This document shows positions 29,750 to 38,847 of a stretch of DNA of 64,000 bases, in pieces (position 1 is the first letter of the stretch; each line of letters opens with the position of its first letter). The stretch comes from Azolla caroliniana (Eukaryota; Plantae; Polypodiophyta). A program made the translations under genes and the position numbers. The notes under the pieces are model-generated. The model searched no databases. It worked only from the letters and a program-made list of their open reading frames with translations, and had not been told where the DNA came from. The stretch spans positions 6,200,001-6,264,000 of the forward strand of contig JBHGNT010000009.1 in the NCBI GenBank assembly GCA_043228905.1, given 5' to 3'.

Positions 29750-32700
29750 TTACACATCCGTAGGTCCCTTCGGACCCTGACCGTTTTCCTTACGGGTTGC
29801 CGTGTCTTCCTTCGTCTCTACTACGGGTTCCCCGTCGTCTTTTTCTTCCGGATCGATCCGTACCGATCCCGGACAGGTTCCTGGTGTAGTGCCGGTGAGC
29901 TGCATAAACGGGTTCTTTGGCATCGGTCCTTTATAGGGCTTTAGTCGAAATCCATTCACCCACTTGCCTAGTACTTCCCCGGCAAGTGTCCCTATCTGAT
30001 AGGACCCGTTGTATTCCCGTGTCAGCCAATACGGGCCTGTCCATCTGAACCGGAGTTTACCCGGCATCTTGCCCATCCTCGTTTGGAATACTAGCACCGG
30101 CTTTCCGATTTCGAACATCTTCTCATTACCTTTCCGGTGACGGTCAACGAACGCTTTCCGTCGTCGTTGCTCCAGTTCCATGTGTAGGATGCTGGCCAGC
30201 CGTTGCTCCTCCAATTCGCATAGTGCTGCTAGCCGCATTTCCTCCGACTTCTTTTCATTCAGCCGTTCCCGTAGTTGGATCCGTAAGCTTGGTACCTGAA
30301 ATTCCACCGGCATGACCGCTTCTAAGCCGAATGCTAACCGGAACGGCGTTGTCCGGATACTTGTTTTGTATGCCGTTCTGTACGCCCATAGCTCGCTATG
30401 GAGCTTTGTATCCCAGTCCGTCCGGTTTTCGTTGACGATTTTGCGGAGAATGTTCTGCAGCGTTTTGTTGGTGGACTCTGCTAACCCGTTCGCCTGTGGG
30501 TAGTACGTTGTGCTTCGTTTATGGACCACGGCATAGAACGTTGTTAAGCTTTCCACTACCTGGCCAAGGAAGTGGCCTCCTTGGTCGCTGATTAATTCAA
30601 TCGGACATCCATACCGGCACCAAATGTTTTCGTACAGGAATTTTGCTGTGGATGACGCGGTGTTGTCTCGCAGGGCCTTAGCTTCCACCCATTTCGTGCA
30701 ATAATCCGTTGCCACGATGACATAACGATTACCTGTTCTCATTGCCGGTGGCTTGAACGGTCCGACAAAATCCAACCCCCACTTCTGGAATGGCTCTAGT
30801 GGAAGTACCGGTTGGTGTGGCATCCGTGCTTGCTCCGTAGGCTGGCCCATTCGTTGGCATAGGTCACATTCCTTAGCATACTTGACGGCATCTTTTAGCG
30901 TCGTGGGCCACCATAAGCCGCTCTGCCATACCTTTCTTGCCGTCGCTTCCCCGGCATAGTGTCCTCCGGCAACCCCACAGTGTGCTTCCCGTAAGATTAC
31001 TTCTTTCTCGTCACTACGGACTGCCCGTCTCCATATTCCATCTGCTCCTTTGTGGTAGAGAGTGTCCCGTAACAGACAGAAATTGCGGCTCTGCACGGCC
31101 AGTCGTTTCCTCTCGTCCCGGTTCATTTCCTCCGGTGGCAGGCCCGTGCTTAGGAACTGGTGCATGTTTGTCAGCCATTTATCTTCTGATGCCACCGTGT
31201 CGTCCGCTGCCGTTTCCGGGGTGATACGGAATAACTCCGCGTCCGGGAATTCATCCGCTACTCCGTCGCCTGGTTCTCCGGACTCTAACCGGCTGAGGTA
31301 GTCTGCTACGGCATGCTGGATACCGGGCCGGTGGAAAATCTCGAATTCGAACTCCTGCAACAGCAAGGTCCAACGGGCCAACTTACCGGTTAGGGACGCC
31401 TTGGACACTAAGTACAGAAGCGCCGAGTGATCCACATGAAAGGAGAACTTCCTTCCCAATAGGTAGTGCCGAAACTTTGTGACACTGTAGATCATGCCGA
31501 GAGCCTCCCGTTCCGTCGTTGAATAGTTCTTCTCCGCTTGGGACAGCTTCCGGCTGGCGTAATATACCGGCCGGTACCATTTGGGCTCCGTAAGCTGCAT
31601 TAAGGCGCTGCCAATAGCGATGTCGGACGCGTCCACGAACACGTGAAATTCCTTGCTCCAATCCGGAGGCTGCACGACGGGTGCTTGCGATAAAAGTACC
31701 TTCAGGGCATTGTATGCCTTATCCTCCGTATCCGTCCATTGGAACGGTGTCCGATGTACCGCTGTGTGTAATGGTGTAGCCAAGTCAGCCAAGTGACGGA
31801 GCATCCGGCTGTGCCACCGGATTTGTCCTAAGAATCGGCTTAGTGCTTTGGCCGTTTTCGGAGCCGGTGCCCCTAGTATGGCGTTTACTTTGTCCGGGTC
31901 GACCGCAATGCCCTCCTTACTTACAATGTGTCCCAGCAATATTCCACTTGACACCCCAAAGATGCATTTTGCTGGGTTTAAGCTTAGCCGGTATAACCTG
32001 CACTTTTCAAGGCATAACCGTAGGTGCTGCAAATGGTCTTTTCCCCGGCTATAGACTGCAAAATCATCCAGGAAAACTTGCATGAAGGCAGGAATGTATT
32101 CGCCGAAGATCTCCATGATGATTCGCTGGAAAGTTGCTGGTGCCGTTTTTAGGCCGAACATCATGACTTCGGCCACAAACACCCCCCATTCGGTGACGAA
32201 CGCTGTCTTCTCCTGGTCGTCCGGGTGCATCCGGATTTGATTGTACCCGCTGAACCCGTCTAGAAAGCTATAAACTTCATGACCGGCGACGGCATCCAGT
32301 ACTCCATCCGTGAACGGAAGAGGGAATGCATCCGTAATTGTGGCGGCATTTAGTTTCCTGTAATCTACACATACACGGATTTTACCGTTCTTCTTTGGGA
32401 CGACGACGATGGGGCTCAGCCACGTCGCTTTCTTTACCGGCCGGATGAAGCCCACTCTTAGAAGTTTGTCGATTTCCTCCTTCACTTTGGCGGCATAGTT
32501 GGGGTTCATTCGGTATCGTCTCTGCGCCACTGGTTTCGCGTCCTTGCCTAAGTGGATTTGATGCTGATATAATTGAGGGTCCAGCCCTCGCATGTCTTCG
32601 TATGACCAGGCGAATACGTCGCGAAACTCCGTGAGAAGTTTGATCATCGCCGCTTTATCTTCCGGCTTCATTTCTTTGGCGATGTGTACCGGCTTTGATT

Positions 32701-35578
32701 CGTCCTTGCTTCCTAGGTTCACTTCGTCGAGCTGGGATGCTTTTACCCGTTGGGAAACGGCCATTTCCCGTTCCAACGCTTCCTGTGCTTGCCGTAATTC
32801 CCGAATCGCATCTTTGTTTGGTTCGGCTTCGGTGTCGTCCCGCTGCGGCAAGTATGCGGCTACGGCTTCAGCTACGTCAATCTCGAAGAGTGGTACGATC
32901 TTCGGATGTTCCTCCAAGTACTGGGCTTCTTCGTCGTCTGCCAATCCTTCAAGCATGTTCACACATTCCGCATACAGCGGTGTGCATTCCTTACCGTTGC
33001 TCGTCCGTGGTTGTGTCGGTACCCGGACCTTGGCTTTTCCGCGCCGGAAGGTAATCATATTTTTTCGCCAATTTTGCTTGATGTGTGTTGTTTTCAACCA
33101 TGGTCTGCCCAGCAGCAGTGGGTACGCGCCTTGCGCCTGTAGCTGCAGCACTACAGCCGAGATGTGAAATGTGTGGCCTCCTATGGTGACTTCCAATTTC
33201 CGTATTAAGCCCGTCGGCCGTACAGAGCTCGTATCCGCCATCCGTAGCCAGAACGGACATGGCTCCCATTCATGTATACCCAAGGCATCACACGTGCGAA
33301 GGCTTATTACGTTCACTCCGGAACCTCCATCGATTACTGTGCCGGGAAGTTCGTGCCCTTTGACAATAGCTGTGATCACCGGACTACTAGTGTCCACCAC
33401 CGTCGGTCCCTCCTCCGGATTCGAGAAAAGGACTGGTGCCGGTGGAGCTATACCGTCTGTCATGACCGTTTTTAGTCCTTCTGTGAATCGTGGCACGAGC
33501 TGCAAGAGTCTTCCTAATGGTAACGTGATCTGACATTCTTGTAGTGCTTGCCATGTCTCGTTTTCTGGGTGGCTACCGCCCGCACTCCCTATGATCTTCG
33601 CCTTTTGCCGTTCCGCGTCCGCGACGTTTCTTTCATTGGCTTCCTTCACCCATTCCGTCGCCTGTTTTCGTATGGCCTCTTGTGTTTCCCATTCTTTGGT
33701 CATGCCTTTCGACCGTGTGGTTACTTGCTGTAAATCCGCCACTTCCGGAACCACCATATTAACTGCTGGTCGTTTCTCGTAGCTCTTTACCGGGCACTGG
33801 TTACTGTAGTGGCCTTCTTGCCTGCAGTAGTAGCAGTACTCTTTACGGGTATTGCTGGATTCAGCATTGCTGGTAGCCGGAGTTGGTCCCGTAGTGAGTG
33901 GTGCGTTCTGTGCCGGTTGGCTCCTTGGGGCTCCATGTTCCGGGTCCCTAGTGTGACCACCTTTCTTGAAATTACGTTTCTTATTATTCTTGTTTTTATT
34001 TCGGTAGTCCGGTCGTGGTAGATCGTAAAATCGGCCGTAGTCCTCCTGGTGCCTTCGGTAACCCGGGGAATGGTCTCTGTCGTATTGCTCGTGTCGTTTG
34101 TTAGGCTCCCGATAACGGTCCGATCGCTCATACCGGTCGTAGATATCACGCCGATTCCCGTACCGGCCATCATTCTCTTGCCTGTCCCCGTACCGGACAT
34201 CCTGTGCCGGTGGGTATCGGTTCATTCTTTGCCAACGATCGTCATCTTCGTCTCGGCTGCTTCTTGGCTCGATCCTTCGGACGGGTGGTGCTTGTCGATT
34301 TAACAGGTTGTACTCGCACCGGTCCGTTGTATGACTCTTGGATTGACAAATCACACACTGAGTGCGCATGGTGCACTCTACTGCCGAGTGTCCGGCATTC
34401 AAGCAGATTGTGCATTGAATTGCCTGCCGGAACCGGAGATCTTCCTCGGTGGGTAACGCCCGTTGCAGTGTTCCCAGCGTAAGCCATGAGCTTGTCTTTT
34501 CCATTTCTCTGACCCGGTCAATGACCTGGTCGATAGTGCATCCTCGAAAGTCGATTACCGTACACACCGTGCGTAACGGTTCCCGGAGTGCGTTTAAAAA
34601 TATCGTCCGTAATTCCTCCTCCGGGGGTGCACGGGCAAGCTGGCTATGCATTCGTTGGAAACGGATGACGAATTGGGGGATGCTTTCCCCTGGCTCCTGT
34701 CGGATCGTATAAAACAGGCCCACCATTGTCGTCTGGTCGACCTCCTTGTGGAAAAAATGCAAGAATTTTGCTTTTAATTCTGCAAATGTTGTGATGGTCG
34801 CCGGGTCCTGCGACCGCCGCCATCGTGTCGCTGGTCCCTCCAACGTGACTCCGAATTCCGCTATCTTCGAGCGTTCTTCTTCCTCCGGTGTCATTCGCTG
34901 GGACGTGTGATTTGCTTCCCATGTCTGTTCGAAGTCATGAACATGCGCTTCCGCATCCGGGTCATCGCGGTACTTTGAGTATTGGAACGGCATGTCGTCG
35001 TCCAGTATTAGGCCGCGGTTTAGTGGCGTTTGTTGATATCTTCCCGGTTCTTTTTCCGGTGCTTTTTCCGGTTCTTCTTCCGGTTGTTTCGCCGGTTCTT
35101 TCGTTGGTGTTGGTGGCTTTGCTTCTTCCACGTCCGGTGTTGGTGGGTTGACGGCTTCCGTTTGCGGTTCCGGATAGCCCTGGTTGAGTGGTTCCGGTTC
35201 TGGAGTCGGCACGGTATCCGACCCGTCGTCTTCCGGGCCGCCGGGGGTATCGTTGCTGCTCCGGTAGTTCGTGTGCACGCTGTATCCCCCTTCGGAATCC
35301 GATTCGTAGGCTGAAAAGGCTTCTGCCTCGTTTTCTCCGCTTGCCAGCGCCTCCAGTAGGCGTTCGGTTTCCCGGAGACTACTTAGACTGCTTCCGTCGT
35401 CCTGGTCGCGAGTTTGCCGTAACCGGAGAGATTCCTCCGCGACTCTCCGGATCTCGTTGGAGAACGAACGATCCGAGCGAATTTCCTGCGCTGCTTGCTG
35501 GAAAGTCTCACGCCGTCTTTGCCGTTCGGCGAGGCGTCGAGCTCGGTCCGTAACCAAGTCGTGCGTTGGTCTAGTCAT
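29750..35578 (-). CDS. Gag-Pol polyprotein, 1942 aa (gag, 3 CCHC knuckles, PR, RT, RH, INT)
   Basis: IDGGSGVN, LDGFSGYNQI, MFGLKTAPATFQR, FLDD, DASDIAIG...YASRKL, integrase HHCC, WGLDFVGP; no chromodomain. Confidence 0.95.
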   Translation of the reverse strand: MTRPTHDLVTDRARRLAERQRRRETFQQAAQEIRSDRSFSNEIRRVAEESLRLRQTRDQDDGSSLSSLRETERLLEALASGENEAEAFSAYESDSEGGYSVHTNYRSSNDTPGGPEDDGSDTVPTPEPEPLNQGYPEPQTEAVNPPTPDVEEAKPPTPTKEPAKQPEEEPEKAPEKEPGRYQQTPLNRGLILDDDMPFQYSKYRDDPDAEAHVHDFEQTWEANHTSQRMTPEEEERSKIAEFGVTLEGPATRWRRSQDPATITTFAELKAKFLHFFHKEVDQTTMVGLFYTIRQEPGESIPQFVIRFQRMHSQLARAPPEEELRTIFLNALREPLRTVCTVIDFRGCTIDQVIDRVREMEKTSSWLTLGTLQRALPTEEDLRFRQAIQCTICLNAGHSAVECTMRTQCVICQSKSHTTDRCEYNLLNRQAPPVRRIEPRSSRDEDDDRWQRMNRYPPAQDVRYGDRQENDGRYGNRRDIYDRYERSDRYREPNKRHEQYDRDHSPGYRRHQEDYGRFYDLPRPDYRNKNKNNKKRNFKKGGHTRDPEHGAPRSQPAQNAPLTTGPTPATSNAESSNTRKEYCYYCRQEGHYSNQCPVKSYEKRPAVNMVVPEVADLQQVTTRSKGMTKEWETQEAIRKQATEWVKEANERNVADAERQKAKIIGSAGGSHPENETWQALQECQITLPLGRLLQLVPRFTEGLKTVMTDGIAPPAPVLFSNPEEGPTVVDTSSPVITAIVKGHELPGTVIDGGSGVNVISLRTCDALGIHEWEPCPFWLRMADTSSVRPTGLIRKLEVTIGGHTFHISAVVLQLQAQGAYPLLLGRPWLKTTHIKQNWRKNMITFRRGKAKVRVPTQPRTSNGKECTPLYAECVNMLEGLADDEEAQYLEEHPKIVPLFEIDVAEAVAAYLPQRDDTEAEPNKDAIRELRQAQEALEREMAVSQRVKASQLDEVNLGSKDESKPVHIAKEMKPEDKAAMIKLLTEFRDVFAWSYEDMRGLDPQLYQHQIHLGKDAKPVAQRRYRMNPNYAAKVKEEIDKLLRVGFIRPVKKATWLSPIVVVPKKNGKIRVCVDYRKLNAATITDAFPLPFTDGVLDAVAGHEVYSFLDGFSGYNQIRMHPDDQEKTAFVTEWGVFVAEVMMFGLKTAPATFQRIIMEIFGEYIPAFMQVFLDDFAVYSRGKDHLQHLRLCLEKCRLYRLSLNPAKCIFGVSSGILLGHIVSKEGIAVDPDKVNAILGAPAPKTAKALSRFLGQIRWHSRMLRHLADLATPLHTAVHRTPFQWTDTEDKAYNALKVLLSQAPVVQPPDWSKEFHVFVDASDIAIGSALMQLTEPKWYRPVYYASRKLSQAEKNYSTTEREALGMIYSVTKFRHYLLGRKFSFHVDHSALLYLVSKASLTGKLARWTLLLQEFEFEIFHRPGIQHAVADYLSRLESGEPGDGVADEFPDAELFRITPETAADDTVASEDKWLTNMHQFLSTGLPPEEMNRDERKRLAVQSRNFCLLRDTLYHKGADGIWRRAVRSDEKEVILREAHCGVAGGHYAGEATARKVWQSGLWWPTTLKDAVKYAKECDLCQRMGQPTEQARMPHQPVLPLEPFQKWGLDFVGPFKPPAMRTGNRYVIVATDYCTKWVEAKALRDNTASSTAKFLYENIWCRYGCPIELISDQGGHFLGQVVESLTTFYAVVHKRSTTYYPQANGLAESTNKTLQNILRKIVNENRTDWDTKLHSELWAYRTAYKTSIRTTPFRLAFGLEAVMPVEFQVPSLRIQLRERLNEKKSEEMRLAALCELEEQRLASILHMELEQRRRKAFVDRHRKGNEKMFEIGKPVLVFQTRMGKMPGKLRFRWTGPYWLTREYNGSYQIGTLAGEVLGKWVNGFRLKPYKGPMPKNPFMQLTGTTPGTCPGSVRIDPEEKDDGEPVVETKEDTATRKENGQGPKGPTDV

Positions 35579-38377
35579 CCATTACCGTCGTTCGATGCAA
35601 GAAAGCAGGCATCGTGGTCGCCAAAACTGTGTTATTCTCTTTAGCCGGACAAGGCCTAACACAAGGTGTCACGGAGACACTTCACCAAAGGGTGATTACG
35701 GCATAGGATTAAGATTCAACGATTACACCGACTTAGATAGGTTACACGATTAGAATGCTTTTGGTTAATTACACGCGTAAGATTTAACAGTAATTACAGA
35801 ACGGAAATCAAGACCGAGGTATAAACATCATAAGCTCTATCAATTATCCGCTGTCATTACAATGGGGTCCGGGCCTTTAAATAGGTTTCCGGCCCGTAGT
35901 ACAAAACGGTGCCTCTCGCACCTATTCGGGATCCGTCCGGATCTGGAACGGCATACCGTTTCCAGTCCGTCCGTCCACACTATGCTCATTTACAACCATC
36001 TAATTAATTCCTTCACTCCATATTTTGGACTCCTTGCCGGCCGGTAACAATTCGCCATATGTTGGAAAACTGTTGGTGCATTCGTGAGACCAAATGGCAT
36101 CACTGTATACTCAAAATGGCCATAGCGAGTATGGAAAGCAATCTTCCATTCATCCCTAGGACGAATTCGAACAAGATTGTAAGCACCTCGAAGATCTAAC
36201 TCTGTGAAATACTTAGCTCCATTGAGGCGTTCCAGAAGGCTCGAAATCAATGGTAGAGCATATCGGTTTTGAATAGTTACTTTATTCAATCCTCGATAAT
36301 CCACGACCAGATGAAGTGAACCATCTTTCTTCTTAACGAAAAATATGGGTGCACCGGCAGGAGATCTTGAATGCTGGATAAACCCATTCGCCAAGTTCTC
36401 ATCGATATATTCCCGAAGAACCTCTAACTCCGTGGATGAAAGGTTATAAATTGGCCCCCATGGAGGCTCTTTTCCGAGCTGCAAATCAATCGGGCAATCA
36501 TATGGTCGATGCTCTGGTAGTCTATTGGTCTTCACCTTATCAAACACATCGGAGAATTCTATATATTTCTTCAGTAGTTGGACCCCCGATTCTTGTGAGC
36601 TCGATGTGGGAGTTGCTAAAATTGCGAACACCAAAATGTCTTCCTTCCGTCTTTCCTCACGTAATTGATGCATAGAGATTGTCGAAATCTTTTGGAATGT
36701 CATATCCTTTGTTGGAGTTTTAAGAGGCTCACACTGTATTGTGACCTCTTCAATGGTTCTTTTTCTCCAATCAATAGTTGGGTTATGTAGCTCAAACCAT
36801 GGAAGACCAAGAACTAGGGAGTGGTTTGGACTACTAATGATGTTGAATGAGATGACACTAGCCAAATTGCCTAGGACTACATGAATTGGTTCAGACTCTT
36901 CGACTATATCACCTGATGTTATGGGACGTCCATCAATGACTCCGACTAACACTGGGCTTGGGACCTTATGCAACTGAATATTATGCATTACAGCAAACTC
37001 ACGATCCATGAAACAAGAGTTGGCTCTAGAGTCTAAGAGAGCTGAAGCTAGGACTCGATGGCACCTAGATGTGTTAAGCTCAACTTGGGCAGAGAAAACT
37101 CGACTAACTTGACCGGATGAAATGGAACCACAACTAGGGACAGACATTACATGCCTAGGGTTGTCCAACCAAATGGCTCCGATTTTGGCCGGACTTACTC
37201 GTTTAACACATCATCTAACTGGCTCAAGACATCAAATGTATTTTTATGACAGGGACTACTAGGCCTACTTGGGTTACGAGAAGGCGAGGCAGAAATTGAG
37301 ATGGGATTGTCATGAGCACTTACTTGGTTAACTTGTCGTTGTGGTTTATGTGGACAATTCACAACAATATGCCCTGGACCACCACAATAGAGGCATAGAC
37401 GATTCACTCACCGTTGTTGCTTTTCAGCATCCGATAATGGTCCTCGACGTCGTGTTGTCTCGATTTCCATTGTAGTAGGGCCTTCCACCACACTTGACTT
37501 TGATACTTGGGGTGGAGTTGCAACCACCGATGCATATGTTTCTGTTGGTCGGAAGCATAACATTTGTTGGCGCTCAGAACGTCGCTCAAATAAGCGATTG
37601 GCACATCGCACAACCCGACTTACTACTTCAGTAAGAGATTTTGGATCATCGTGGAAGGTAAGGAGTAAATCCTTCACATCATTACGTAGACCTTGAAGAA
37701 ATTGGTCCATTAATGCCGCCTCGTCCCATGGAATATCACATGCTAGAAGGCGAAAATCTGCAGCATAAGCGGAAACAGGACGATCTCCTTGTCGTAATCG
37801 TTGAATTTTGTTTATTGCAGTCCTCATACTATCAGTGTCTCCAAAGTTGGCTTGGAACTCATTAATAAACCCTTCAAAATCTTCTAATAATGGTGAGTGC
37901 TTCTCTAAGAGTGGTGCAAACCACGCTAACAAGGTACCAACTAGACCCACACGAGCAACATCAATTGGGTAACGGCTAGGATGCAATTTAATCACAAGCC
38001 GTACCTAATTTAAAAATCCACGAAATTGAGACCATGTACCATCAAACTTGGCCAGCAGACTAATCTTGGGTTCCTTCGGCGATGTTTGAACTTCCGCCGC
38101 TTGTCGTTGCAATAGAGTAGTCTCCAATTGATGACCCGTTGAGATAGTTCTTCATATTGTTGTACTTTCTTAGCACTTACTTGTTGTAGGTCTCCCAACA
38201 ATCTTTGATTTTCATGCTCTAGTGCCACGAATTTGGTTGTTAGCATTTCGAGCTCAGAGAGAACACGCATATATTCTTGCTTGCTGATGGACTCCATAAT
38301 TGCGATAGAAAATTGCTAGATTTGCCTGAATAAGGTTAAGATAAGAAGAAGAAGTTGGAGAAGAAGAAAAGAGTTAG

Positions 38378-38388
38378 ATTCGGTTCAA
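38378..38388 (-). promoter_or_regulatory. Self-priming PBS of Tcn1-like A
   Basis: Minus-strand TTGAACCGAAT, 2 nt after the LTR, is the exact complement of minus-strand ATTCGGTTCAA (38577-38567), which lies ~25 nt downstream of the LTR TATA box. Confidence 0.85.
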
Positions 38389-38445
38389 ACTGTCGTGACT
38401 TGAGAATAGGAGAGAGAAAAATAAGATGACAATAGAAGGTAGAGG

Positions 38446-38489
<44 letters not shown>

Positions 38490-38619
38490 ACTAGAAATGG
38501 AAAGAGAGTTTATATTATAAGAGAGCAAGGATTACAAAGAATAGGCTAAGGGGCTACAAATTGGTGTTGAACCGAATGAGTTGTGATGAATGAATAGACA
38601 CCTATTTATAGGTCCTTAT

Positions 38620-38707
38620 GGAATATTCTAGAATGTTCTAGAATATTTTAGATATTTATGATATTTAATATAATAATGGAATATCCTAGAATGTTCTAGA
38701 ATACTCT
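38620..38707. promoter_or_regulatory. Heat-shock element arrays (nGAAnnTTCn) in the LTR U3
   Basis: GAAtaTTCtaGAAtgTTCtaGAA at 38621-38643, and a second array GAAtaTCCtaGAAtgTTCtaGAA at 38679-38701. Confidence 0.75.
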
Positions 38708-38754
38708 AAATATCTTGTAATAACTAATAATACATTTATCATAACTATACATCA

Positions 38755-38826
38755 TATATGTTAGTATAATGGTTAAAGGTCTAACATATAGACCAAGACG
38801 TCTTGGGCTCGAATCCTTGTAAGGCC
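38755..38826 (+). other. tRNA-like A-box/B-box cassette in Tcn1-like A LTR
   Basis: TAGTATAATGG (38762) and GGCTCGAATCC (38806), 44 nt apart; hairpin GGTCT-AACATAT-AGACC; ends in GCCA. Confidence 0.6.
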
Positions 38827-38847
38827 AAAATGTATGTCATCATGACA

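Larger units (their letters stand above)
26181..36049 (-). mobile_element. Intact, young Ty3/gypsy non-chromovirus (Athila/OTA-like) with an extra 3' ORF
   Basis: 420-bp LTRs 26181-26600 and 35630-36049 with 2 differences seen; TSD ATTCG (26176-26180 and 36050-36054); PBS TGGCGACCAC (35623-35614, tRNA-Arg-like); two uninterrupted ORFs. Confidence 0.95.
23646..38847 (-). mobile_element. Degenerate chromovirus 'Tcn1-like A' (segments 23646-26180 and 36050-38847), inserted in a LINE
   Basis: 5' LTR 38391-38847. gag with CLYCGGPGHIVVNC, PR LLDS, RT ELDLRGAYNL, RH, INT, and chromodomain EYEVVAILDSK...YLVDWLGY...TWEP (~23740-23925). PPT 23696-23709; 3' LTR remnant 23646-23695. Confidence 0.9.
38391..38847 (-). 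repeat. 5' LTR of Tcn1-like A
   Basis: TGTCATG...CACGACA; its first 50 nt match 23695-23646; TATAAAT at ~38610-38604; (CT)n. Confidence 0.9.

Noticed and set aside
35990-37168. Independent 392-aa gene
   Set aside because: It is Tcn1-like A PR/RT cut by the insertion at 36049 and reading into that element's LTR.
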